Assembly: GCA_963664395.2 (NCBI GenBank)
Contig: OY761159.2
Location: 3,360,001 to 3,424,000 of the forward strand
Source: Candidatus Binatia bacterium
Lineage (GTDB): Bacteria > Desulfobacterota > Binatia > Bin18
Direction: 5' to 3'
DNA: 64,000 nt
How positions within the stretch are numbered: position 1 is the stretch's first letter; every line of letters begins with the position of its first letter. The position numbers and the translations under genes are program-made. The notes beneath the pieces are model-generated. The model saw only the letters and a list, made by a program, of their open reading frames with translations, did no database searches and had not been told where the DNA came from. Positions 9,988 to 18,203 of this stretch are shown here, piece by piece.

Positions 9988-10131
9988 CTAGCGCAAATCA
10001 CGATTCTGTGTAGCCGTCCGTCATTCCTGCGGAAGCAGGAATCCAGGCCCTCGCCGCCCGCTGGATGCCGGATCACGTCCGGCATGACGGAAGCCCCCTG
10101 AACGGCTACAGTCTAACGTGAAACGCTCTAG
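9988..10131. mobile_element. MITE, CTAG-bounded, with internal GTCATTCC/CCGGCATGAC palindromes (copy 1 of 3)
   Basis: Imperfect terminal inverted repeats CTAGCGCAAATCACG...TGTAGCCG / CGGCTACA...CGTGAAACGCTCTAG; related copies at 43486-43632 and 55888-56039. Confidence 0.7.
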
Positions 10132-10155
10132 TCTGAAATTCTGGAGGTATGTTGC

Positions 10156-10398
10156 ATGCCTGAAATCGGTGCTTTCGAAGCAAAAACCCACCTGCCGAAG
10201 CTGTTGCGGCGCGTTCAGGCGGGGGAGCGATTCATCATCACCAAACATAATCGGCCCGTGGCCGAGTTGATTCCTTTTCAGCCGCACGATTCCGACAAGG
10301 TACGTGCAGCGATTGCCAGGCTGAAGGCGTTTCAGGAAACGCACAGTCTGGAAGGATTATCGGTTCGCCAGATGATCGAGGAAGGCCGCAAGTACTGA
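10156..10398 (+). CDS. Phd/YefM family antitoxin
   Basis: EIGAFEAKTHLPKLLRRVQAGERFIITKHNRPVAEL; stop overlaps the toxin start. Confidence 0.9.
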   Translation: MPEIGAFEAKTHLPKLLRRVQAGERFIITKHNRPVAELIPFQPHDSDKVRAAIARLKAFQETHSLEGLSVRQMIEEGRKY

Positions 10399-10814
10399 TG
10401 GCATTCGTCCTGGATTGCTCGGTCACCATGGCCTGGGTCTTCCCTGACGAAGCGACGGACACCACCGACTGGCTGCGAGACTCGCTGGTGGAAGGTCGGG
10501 CGTTCGTCCCCTCCCTCTGGCCAGCGGAGGTTGGCAACGTGCTGCTGACTGCCACTCGGCGGGGCCGAATCCGTGTTGACGAGTGGCCGGAGATTCGCGC
10601 GAATCTTGAGGCATTGCCTATCGAAATCGACCCAGTGACTACATCCCGGGCGTGGGGTGTGTCGCTGGAACTGGCGCAGACGCACCAGCTTTCCGTCTAC
10701 GACGCGATGTATCTGGAACTCGCCATGCGGCTGCAATTACCGCTGGCTACGCTGGACCGCGCGCTCCGTAACGCCGCGCAAGCCGTGGGCCTTGAACCGC
10801 CGCCGGTCAAGTAG
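10398..10814 (+). CDS. vapC: VapC PIN-domain toxin
   Basis: FVLDCS, EVGN, LSVYDAMYLELA and LATLD PIN motifs. Confidence 0.9.
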   Translation: MAFVLDCSVTMAWVFPDEATDTTDWLRDSLVEGRAFVPSLWPAEVGNVLLTATRRGRIRVDEWPEIRANLEALPIEIDPVTTSRAWGVSLELAQTHQLSVYDAMYLELAMRLQLPLATLDRALRNAAQAVGLEPPPVK

Positions 10815-10822
10815 TCTTCGAC

Positions 10823-10850
10823 GGCCTATCCCCGCGTGTACGGGGGAACC
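10823..10850 (-). CRISPR. Orphan type I-E repeat, probably the detached trailer-end repeat of the array
   Basis: GGCCTATCCCCGCGTGTACGGGGGAACC matches 27/28 positions of the array consensus, same orientation, 2319 bp from the array. Confidence 0.9.
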
Positions 10851-10945
10851 GGTTGTTATCTCAGAAATAAGATTCGCGGGGGCGGGTACATCAGGAAACC
10901 TCTGTGCCGGGCTTGACCCCGCCCGGCTGGGGGACTTGGTAGGGA

Positions 10946-11242
10946 CTAGGCGGTGCGCCGTAACAGCTCGGCTAAGACTTCGCCTTGCCGCTCTAGCGCC
11001 TGGCCCTGCTGTGTGAACGCCTTGGTCATGGCTTCGCCTCGCCGGTCCAGGGCCTGGCCGATTTTGCCCAACGCTTCCGACTGCGCTCGGCTCTGCTCGC
11101 GTTGGCCGGCCTCCATTATGTCCAGCTGCCGGTTGCGCTCCTCTGAGGCTTTCTTCATCTGCCACAAGCCCCAGCTAATCAAGATCAGCTGCCCGAGCCC
11201 AATCCCGACCTGCGCCGATGTGGCTATGATTTGATGTTCCAT
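10946..11242 (-). CDS. Small single-TM, coiled-coil hypothetical protein
   Basis: MEHQIIATSAQVGIGLGQLILISWGLWQMKK... preceded by AAGGAG RBS; repeated GQAL[DE]R[RQ]GE motif. Confidence 0.65.
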   Translation of the reverse strand: MEHQIIATSAQVGIGLGQLILISWGLWQMKKASEERNRQLDIMEAGQREQSRAQSEALGKIGQALDRRGEAMTKAFTQQGQALERQGEVLAELLRRTA

Positions 11243-11437
11243 ATCTGCTCCTTTCCGGACAAAATTTGCGCACCCACCCAGCAAAAAAAGAGGCTCCGCA
11301 GTCAAGGGCCGACCGGAGGGAGGGGAGCGCAGCGACTGTACCCTTGACGTGGGATTCTTTTTGCTACCATCGGACAAGCAAGGCAGGAGGCGTCTTTCAT
11401 CAAAAACAGCGCCCGGAGGGCCACTTTTAGCCCCGCG

Positions 11438-12430
11438 TTAAATATGAATCCGCTCGATCTCATCAAGGGATACCTCATCCTGCAAGCGGTTGTATAATTG
11501 CGTCGTGCGGGTCGATTCATGGCCGGCGATACGCGCCGCCGTCTCCAGCGTTCCCCCCGCGCGGAGATATTCGGTAATGCCTGTTCCCCGGAAGCTGTGG
11601 GCGCAGATCTCACCAGGCAAGCCCGCGCTCTTCGCGCGGCGCTTAATCATCTTCAAGGCGTCGGTCCGTTTGATCGGGCGGCTGCTGAGCTGGTCGAGCC
11701 CCCGTTGTGTGCCAGCAGAGGGAAACAAGGGGCCTTTCGGGTCGGCCGTCAGGCCGGCGCGCTCGATGTATTCATCCGTCCAGGCCTGCGCCATATGGTG
11801 AGCGGGAATGACCAGATACTTACCGCCCTTCTCGTGCAGCCGGAAGTAGGACCGCTTGCCCTGGGTGTAATAGTCGGCCACCCGCATCGCCAGCGCCGCG
11901 CTCACCCGCGCAAAGCCGTACACCATCAGGCCCATCAACGCGCGATCCCTCAGCCCTATGAGAGTTGAAGGGTCTATACTGTCGAGCAAGCCCCGCGCTT
12001 CTTCCGCCGTTAAAATGGGGGTCTTGCCCGTTTTGATGATCTGCTTCGGGCCGCGGACCGCGCCGGCCGGATTACTGCGCATGACCTGGCCCACTACGAG
12101 CCAGTCAAAGAGCTGCCGCAAGGCGGCCGGATTTTGCTTGACTGTGGACGGCGCATAAGCCCGCCCAAGCTGCTCGATGTAGCGGGCGACATGCAAGGGC
12201 TCGACCCGGGCCAAGGTGAGGGCCTGCGCCGCGCACCAGTCCGCGAAGCGGTAGGCCGCCGTGACGTAGGCCATCCGGGTATTGGCATTGCGGATGTTCG
12301 CCCCAAAGAACTCCCAAAACCGCTGCTGCCCCTGCCTGGTGTCCGCAAAGAGCTGCGGGGGGCGTCCACCCGCAATGCGGGCCGGAATCGGCTCACTCGC
12401 CGGGCGGCGTTCCGCTATTTGCATCTTCAT
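11438..12430 (-). CDS. Tyrosine recombinase/integrase
   Basis: Catalytic residues FARVS (R), HEKGGK (K), HSFR, AGH, TTQLY (Y); N-terminal NIRNANTRMAY SAM-like domain. Confidence 0.92.
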   Translation of the reverse strand: MKMQIAERRPASEPIPARIAGGRPPQLFADTRQGQQRFWEFFGANIRNANTRMAYVTAAYRFADWCAAQALTLARVEPLHVARYIEQLGRAYAPSTVKQNPAALRQLFDWLVVGQVMRSNPAGAVRGPKQIIKTGKTPILTAEEARGLLDSIDPSTLIGLRDRALMGLMVYGFARVSAALAMRVADYYTQGKRSYFRLHEKGGKYLVIPAHHMAQAWTDEYIERAGLTADPKGPLFPSAGTQRGLDQLSSRPIKRTDALKMIKRRAKSAGLPGEICAHSFRGTGITEYLRAGGTLETAARIAGHESTRTTQLYNRLQDEVSLDEIERIHI

Positions 12431-12451
12431 CCCCGCCCTCCTGCCATAAGG

Positions 12452-12475
12452 CAGTCATAACAACGTTTATGACTG
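12452..12475. other. dif/res-like tyrosine recombinase core site
   Basis: Perfect inverted repeat CAGTCATAA-CAACGT-TTATGACTG (9-6-9) directly upstream of the integrase start. Confidence 0.65.
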
Positions 12476-12553
12476 ACAGACAAGACGCCCCCACCCCCGC
12501 CGCGTTTTTCGAGCCCTATCTTTCTCCTGTCGTCGGCCAGCACCCGACCTCAT

Positions 12554-12582
12554 TTGACGCATATACGATCTGTATATATAAT
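12554..12582 (+). promoter_or_regulatory. sigma70 promoter of brnTA with overlapping operator palindrome, probably leaderless
   Basis: TTGACG-N17-TATAAT; ATATAC-N5-GTATAT between the boxes; GTG start 6 bp after the -10 box. Confidence 0.7.
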
Positions 12583-12588
12583 TTTGGG

Positions 12589-12858
12589 GTGCAATTGACC
12601 TGGCACGAAACGAAGCGCCGCACCAACCTGACCAGCCACGGCTTAGATTTCGGGGATGCCGAGGAGGTCTTTGCTGGTCCGACGTTCACCTTCGAGGACG
12701 ACCGATTGCACTATCCTGAACAGCGGTTTGTGACACTTGGCCTCCTGAGAGGGGTGTGTGTGTCGCTTGTGCATACCGAGACGCCGGCGCGTATTCATGT
12801 CATTTCCTTCCGAAAGGCAACCAGAAATGAACAGATCATCTTCTTCCAAAACGTCTAA
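12589..12858 (+). CDS. brnT: BrnT family toxin
   Basis: WHETKRRTNLTSHGLDF...EQRFVTLG...IHVISFRKAT; GTG start inferred from the promoter. Confidence 0.88.
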   Translation: MQLTWHETKRRTNLTSHGLDFGDAEEVFAGPTFTFEDDRLHYPEQRFVTLGLLRGVCVSLVHTETPARIHVISFRKATRNEQIIFFQNV

Positions 12859-13105
12859 GACGGATTGGCCGCGGCTCAAGGCGATGCAAGAGCAAGACAT
12901 TCGGCTCACCGACGAGCATCCGGCCACCGAGGTGGACCATATTGTGCGCGGCATTGCCCGCCAGGGCTTGCGGCCCATTCCCCCCAAAACGCTGATTTCC
13001 CTGCGGGTGGATGCGGACGTGCTGGCGTGGTTCAAAGCGCAGGGCGCCGGCTATCAGACCCGGATGAACGCCGTGTTACGGGCCTTCAAGGAAGCCGCCG
13101 GCTAA
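12827..13105 (+). CDS. brnA: BrnA family antitoxin
   Basis: SKTDWPRL and ISLRVDADVLAWFKAQGAGYQTRMNAVLR motifs. Confidence 0.9.
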   Translation: MNRSSSSKTSKTDWPRLKAMQEQDIRLTDEHPATEVDHIVRGIARQGLRPIPPKTLISLRVDADVLAWFKAQGAGYQTRMNAVLRAFKEAAG

Positions 13106-13169
13106 TCCTTTCATTGTGGCTTTCACCCCCCCCCCCCCCAGCGCGCGCCTTGACGCTGTTGAGGCAGCC

Positions 13170-14125
13170 GGTCTATCCCCGCGTGTGCGGGGGAACCGTT
13201 CGGGTTAGGGTGATGCTATGCCTGTACTGGGGTCTATCCCCGCGTGTGCGGGGGAACCTAACCTCCCCAACTCTTCACTATGTGTGACTAAGGTCTATCC
13301 CCGCGTGTACGGGGGAACCGCGGCCCAACGTTTGAAGTAAAGGTGAGGCTCAGGTCTATCCCCGCGTGTACGGGGGAACCTCCTGGCTCAGCGTCGGAGG
13401 CTGGCTAACTGTCGGTCTATCCCCGCGTGTACGGGGGAACCGAGTTGCAGCCCGCTGTACGGCTCTGGCCGCAGTTGGGTCTATCCCCGCGTGTACGGGG
13501 GAACCGACCAGATTGGCGATACGGCCCTGGCCGAGTTGGGTCTATCCCCGCGTGTACGGGGGAACCTGTTAACTTTCTTCGTGGGTGAACTGGATATTGG
13601 GTCTATCCCCGCGTGTACGGGGGAACCCAAGAGCGGGGGTAGGCGTGTTGATCGTGAGGCGGTCTATCCCCGCGTGTACGGGGGAACCGGCACCACGTCT
13701 CGCCATCGCTGGCCTGCCGAGTACGGTCTATCCCCGCGTGTACGGGGGAACCATCGCCAGAAGCTCCTCCATAGAGCAGGAGGCGGGTCTATCCCCGCGT
13801 GTACGGGGGAACCCGACCACCGTTGTTCCGCCACCACCGGCTATAGGGTCTATCCCCGCGTGTACGGGGGAACCCATGTCGGTTGCTCCCTTCGTATCGG
13901 TTAGGGGGGTCTATCCCCGCGTGTACGGGGGAACCGTGGCAAGCCGAACCGGGACAAGCCGACTGGGCGGTCTATCCCCGCGTGTACGGGGGAACCCTTC
14001 CCATATTGCCCATGCCGCCCCATAGGTGCGGTCTATCCCCGCGTGTACGGGGGAACCGCAGGGGCAGATCTTTACTCCTTTGCGCTTTCGTGGTTAGGGT
14101 CTATCCCCGCGTGTACGGGGGAACC
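13170..14125 (-). CRISPR. Type I-E CRISPR array, 16 repeats / 15 spacers
   Basis: 28-bp repeat GGTCTATCCCCGCGTGTACGGGGGAACC (reverse complement GGTTCCCCCGTACACGCGGGGATAGACC). Twelve spacers of 33 bp, two of 36 bp, one of 40 bp. The two leader-distal repeats carry GTGTGCGG. Confidence 0.98.
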
Positions 14126-14206
14126 TCTACTGAGTTTATTAGACTTTTTGCCGCCGTGAGTCTATTCTCCGGCATGTAGAGGGATGCCGTTCAGATTATC
14201 AAAGAG
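14126..14206 (-). promoter_or_regulatory. CRISPR leader
   Basis: AT-richer stretch between the cas2 stop and the first repeat, on the side expected from repeat orientation. Confidence 0.7.
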
Positions 14207-14513
14207 CTATTTGTCCTGAGTTTGGCGGGTTCGCCGCGACAAGATGAGGCCCTCTTGGTCCACTAACTCGACCGGTGGTGACCCCAGGACTCGAACGCCT
14301 TGTCCCCCCGGCTCACGTGGGTCCTGCCATGTCATGACAATAGATTGGCCGCCCAACTCCAGGAACCATTCCTCTATCACCGTCCATACCCGCTCTCTGA
14401 CGCTACGAGACAGCCTCGGGGCAGTGTACACCCCAGGGGGCAATCTCAATCATGCAAGAGGCCAAAAACCCACGGGTGCGTGGGGCAACGTCACGTGTCA
14501 CTACTACTGTCAT
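14207..14513 (-). CDS. cas2: Type I-E Cas2, with a +1 homopolymer frameshift near 14436-14440
   Basis: MTVVVTRDVAPRTRGFLASCMIEIAP continues as GVYTAPRLSRSVRERVW after one extra C; the 307-bp span is 3n+1. Confidence 0.88.
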
Positions 14514-15372
14514 CGTCGTCCATCAATTTTATTATGCGATCAATCATTTTCGATATGATCTTCTTCTCTCTGAATCGGCGTCCCGCCAATCGCCGGACAT
14601 GCCGTTCGAGCGGAATATGTCCATTTTTGTGATGCTGGCTCACTGCCTCAAATGCGACCGGGATGGTCACTTCAGTCCGGTACAGGTCCGCAATATCCAG
14701 ACAAAAGGCAATAGACGCATCCTCGTGAATAAAGCCCAGAGGAGGCAGCGTTCCGGTTGCGGCCACGGCAACAATAGCCGCGGCTTCGATTGCCGTGGCC
14801 GCGTGGTTAATGGCCTGGTTCGGAGCGTCGGCAATGTCCGGGTTTTGCCGGTCATAGTGGCGGCCATGCCACGCAATGCCATACTTCTGTGCCAGCAGGC
14901 CGTAGGCCGTTTTCATCCGCGCTCCCTCGATACCGCGCAGGATGGATATGTCCTGTTCGGGCAGCACCTCACCCAAACGCCAGGCGTACATGCGCCGGGC
15001 TAGGCGAAGCCGGGAGCGCATGTCGTTCCAGAGTTTTGCCTGACGGCGCGCTCTTCTCGAATCGTTCGGTCCAAAGGGCTGGGCGCTATACATCCGCACG
15101 CCGTCTTCCCCAACCGCGACAAGGCCGGTCCCGTGGCGGGCGAGAAGACGGAACACGTCATGGCTCACGGTTGAGCCCGGCCCCAGCAGGATGAACGAGA
15201 TATTCTGAAACGGAATGGCGTAATCGCCGGCAGCCATATCCGGCGACCCGGCGGTCCGAAAATGCAACGTGCCGTCCTCCACGCTGAGATTCCCACGCGC
15301 CAACCACAGCAGCCCATGACGGTCGGCGTGCGGAATCCGCGCGGCCTCAAGCCCTAATCTTCCTTTCAACAT
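14491..15372 (-). CDS. cas1: Type I-E Cas1
   Basis: LLGPGSTVSH, VGEDGVRMY, LRGIEGARMK, PPLGFIH and LDIADLYR motifs. Confidence 0.97.
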   Translation of the reverse strand: MLKGRLGLEAARIPHADRHGLLWLARGNLSVEDGTLHFRTAGSPDMAAGDYAIPFQNISFILLGPGSTVSHDVFRLLARHGTGLVAVGEDGVRMYSAQPFGPNDSRRARRQAKLWNDMRSRLRLARRMYAWRLGEVLPEQDISILRGIEGARMKTAYGLLAQKYGIAWHGRHYDRQNPDIADAPNQAINHAATAIEAAAIVAVAATGTLPPLGFIHEDASIAFCLDIADLYRTEVTIPVAFEAVSQHHKNGHIPLERHVRRLAGRRFREKKIISKMIDRIIKLMDDDDSSSDT

Positions 15373-15392
15373 AGCTCACCCTGGAGTCCGTC

Positions 15393-16178
15393 TTATCCGT
15401 CTTGCATGGCGGCCAGGCGTTCGGTCGGCCCAACGCAGGCCGGCCGCAGCAGCAACATCCCGTAGCCGTAGGCGCGGTGCCGTCCAATACCCTGGGTCAG
15501 CAAGGCGGTGAAGGCAGCGGCATCAGTAATGGTCAGGACGCCCCGCATGACCGCGTCCGGCCCTTCGCTGTGACGGGCACGGAGCTTACGCACGGCGCGG
15601 GTACGCTGGAATGAGCGTAACTCCGCCGACTCCAACCGCGCGCCGCCTCTGCGGGCAAACTGATCGGCCAACCACTCACGATACACTTCTTCACGACTGC
15701 ACGGCATCCCGTTCTTCGGATACTGCATTGCCTTGAGTTGGAAGGCGTCCCATTCCCTACCGGGGTGGCCTTCCGCGTTGCGACTGCGGCGCACGATGGG
15801 GCGAATCCGTGTCTCAAAGCCGAGCTGCTTGTCTGACCGCCATTCAGTCGGCATTGGTTTGCTGTTGATCGTATGACCGGGGATGATTTTTGCCTGCAAG
15901 GGATCGGCGTATATGCCAGCCGCGTCACGCAAAGAGTCGGCCTCGGCGTATCCGTATCCGTACCATACGCCACATACCGCGCCGCGCGGCACAATCAGAC
16001 GAAAGGGTTTGGGTGCCAGGTCGCCGAAGCATTCGGTGAGCAGACAGTGCATGGCGTGGTCCGCGTCCTGGAGGCGCTTACCGCCCATCCAGCGCTGAAA
16101 ATCGCGTACCCTGACATCGGCGCGGATCAGTTGAAGCGGAGCCGCAGGCGAATCGGTTGATGTGGCAGTATCCATCAT
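15393..16178 (-). CDS. cas6e: Type I-E Cas6e (CasE/Cse3)
   Basis: C-terminal GIGRHRAYGYGML glycine loop; start moved to MMDTATST, just after the cas5 stop. Confidence 0.93.
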   Translation of the reverse strand: MMDTATSTDSPAAPLQLIRADVRVRDFQRWMGGKRLQDADHAMHCLLTECFGDLAPKPFRLIVPRGAVCGVWYGYGYAEADSLRDAAGIYADPLQAKIIPGHTINSKPMPTEWRSDKQLGFETRIRPIVRRSRNAEGHPGREWDAFQLKAMQYPKNGMPCSREEVYREWLADQFARRGGARLESAELRSFQRTRAVRKLRARHSEGPDAVMRGVLTITDAAAFTALLTQGIGRHRAYGYGMLLLRPACVGPTERLAAMQDG

Positions 16179-16179
16179 T

Positions 16180-16926
16180 TTACTCGTCCTTTGCCGTGGA
16201 AAACCGGTCGTGTTCGATAGCGCCTTCACACACCAGTCGCCCGCCGCCGTGCAGCCCGGACATCCAGTTGCGCTGGTCGGTGAGCATATAGCTGCGACTG
16301 GGAGTGATCTCCGCTCTGCCTTCGCCGTCCGGCCAGAGCGCTCGTATGGCGACCGCAGGCGGTATATCAGTAGCCAGAGGCGTGGCCAGCAGTGCTGCCA
16401 GGGCCGTGTCGCCCTGACTGAAACCGCCGAACAGGGTGCCCGACGGCAGGCAGGGCTTGCGTCCGATGAACAGCGGTCGGGCCGGTTCCTGCAAGGCACC
16501 GGCCAGGTCGTCCAGCGTCGGGGGCTCATCAGCCGGCTCCAGACGCAGTGCAACGGTGACGCGCATATCCGCGAAGTAGTCGCGATAGCGCAGATGGGGG
16601 GCGTCATATGTGGCCGCTCCACCGGCGCGGCCTTCGGGGACTCCCCGCGTGGTCCAGCCTTGGTCTTTTTTACTCAACTGTGCCGTCTGAAAATCGGTGA
16701 GCCTCACACCGGTCGCCGGCTCGCGGTCAATACGTGCGGCGAATACCAGGCGGTCTTGTAGGCGTTGATGCAGGTCCCGTTCGATCCGTCGCCAACCCAG
16801 AGCGTTGGCCAACAGCCCGGTCAGCATGGAGACGGACGGGAACCAGCGGATGACGCCGTAATTGTCAATGGTTTCCCCGCCAAAGGCCATGAGTGGGGAT
16901 TCGAGAGACAGAATCAGATGGCGCAT
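16180..16926 (-). CDS. cas5e: Type I-E Cas5 (CasD)
   Basis: MRHLILSLESPLMAFGG, SMLTGLLANALGW, LTDFQT, RYRDYFAD and PLFIGRKPCLP motifs. Confidence 0.95.
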   Translation of the reverse strand: MRHLILSLESPLMAFGGETIDNYGVIRWFPSVSMLTGLLANALGWRRIERDLHQRLQDRLVFAARIDREPATGVRLTDFQTAQLSKKDQGWTTRGVPEGRAGGAATYDAPHLRYRDYFADMRVTVALRLEPADEPPTLDDLAGALQEPARPLFIGRKPCLPSGTLFGGFSQGDTALAALLATPLATDIPPAVAIRALWPDGEGRAEITPSRSYMLTDQRNWMSGLHGGGRLVCEGAIEHDRFSTAKDE

Positions 16927-16928
16927 CT

Positions 16929-18147
16929 CTATGCCTCGCCGCTCAGCACTGCCTGTGACGCCCATTCTGCCAAATCGTCCAGACCGAGGCGTTCGGCGTT
17001 GGGAATGTCGCAGTCCTCAACCGACAGCACCCGTCGGGCTTCCTTTGCTCCATAGGCGACGTCCAGTTTACTCAGGTATTGGGATAGGGCGTTGGTGGCA
17101 TCGGATACCTGCGCCTTGGTCGGGTTGCGAAACGTATTGGCCAGGCTGCGCGGCTGACGTATTCCAGCCTCAATGAGCATCAGGTCGGCGCAGGAATAAG
17201 GCGCGGTGGAACCGAGTTTGGCACCGGGCGATACGGTGGCAATCAGATGAACGAGGTGGTCAACCACCTTACCGGCGAGGTCTTTATCCGCGCTCAGGTT
17301 GGACACCAGCCCCGGTACGTCCACCACGACATAGCCGTAGAACAGCCCCGCAGTCAGTTCCATGTCTCCGATGTGTGCGGCGCCGGCGTCTTCGTCAGCC
17401 TGCTGCAAGTCGTCTACCACGGAAAAGTAATCGCTCTCGCTTTCTTCCTGATGCACGGTGAAGGCGTGGGCGACATGGATAGCGGCGTCAATATTGGCTG
17501 CGGGGTCGGAGGTGACCATCCGTCCGAACAGCGCCCCGACAAGCCCACCGGGCAGACTCGTGCTTTTGCGGAATGCCTCGAAATTCGGGATTTCATCACC
17601 GAACATCTCAGTAGCGGCATTTCTGGCATCTCTCCGCGGTCGGTCTTGGCTTTTCCAGTGGCGGTTTTAATTTGTTCGTCAGTCACCAACAAGCCAGTAG
17701 CCACTTTCGTGCGGCAATTTCGTCCTCGGAGTGTTTCTCACAGATCGCTTTGGCTTTCTCACGCATAGATATTCCACTTCGGGCAGACCCAACAGCAAGG
17801 GTTGGCGACCCTTTTCCGTGTCACCTGTCTTGCCGTACACTCCTATGTTGAAAGCCTTTTCAACTGCTTCAAGCACATCGCCAGAAGTCTCTCCGGCATT
17901 GCGCAATGGCTGCATGACCGTGCGGTCAACAACATTTCGAGAGCGGAACGCATCCGGCCCAATGTGAGTGATGAGAAAATTCGTCCTCTGCCATGCGCCA
18001 GTGCCGCTTGAGGCACTGCGACGAGATACGGGTCCGTACCGCGTCACCGAAGGGCAGGCGCTTGGCCAGGCCGCTGTCGTCGCGGTTCAGCAGCGCGGCG
18101 GGATAGGAATGAAGGGTGTGGATTTGCAGAAAACGTGGTGTGGTCAT
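16929..18147 (-). pseudogene. cas7e: Type I-E Cas7 (CasC/Cse4), split by at least three frame changes
   Basis: Fragments FLQIHTLHSYPAALLNRDDSGLAK/RISSQCLKRHWR (17926-18147), RQPLLLGLPEVEYL (17679-18047) and ALFGRMVTSD/VAHAFTVH/DYFSVVDDL/PGAKLGSTAPY (16929-17606). Confidence 0.9.
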
Positions 18148-18203
18148 GGTGAAAACTCCTTGGTGCTTTTGTCTTCTTGTCGTCCCTATGGGCGAAATTG
18201 TCT

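Larger units (their letters stand above)
10851..13169. mobile_element. Small tyrosine-recombinase element (integrase, dif-like site, BrnTA, small membrane ORF) lying between two CRISPR repeats
   Basis: Gene content and flanking direct CRISPR repeats; exact ends not resolved. Confidence 0.65.

Noticed and set aside
10878-13139. G-run and C-run near the element ends as Tn3-like terminal inverted repeats
   Set aside because: Similarity does not extend beyond the homopolymers, and no transposase or target duplication is visible.
13198-14097. GGTTAGGG telomere-like words in three spacers, and possible self-targeting spacers
   Set aside because: The words are short and partly formed by the repeat's GG. 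No protospacer was noticed by eye in the window, but this was not an exhaustive search.
13366-14179. Several plus-strand ORFs with repeated GLSPRVRGN / VYPRVYGGT peptides
   Set aside because: They are translations of the CRISPR repeats.
15393-16622. Apparent 409-aa Cas6e with a long N-terminal extension
   Set aside because: The extension overlaps cas5 in another frame; the likely start is 16178, so this is not a fusion.
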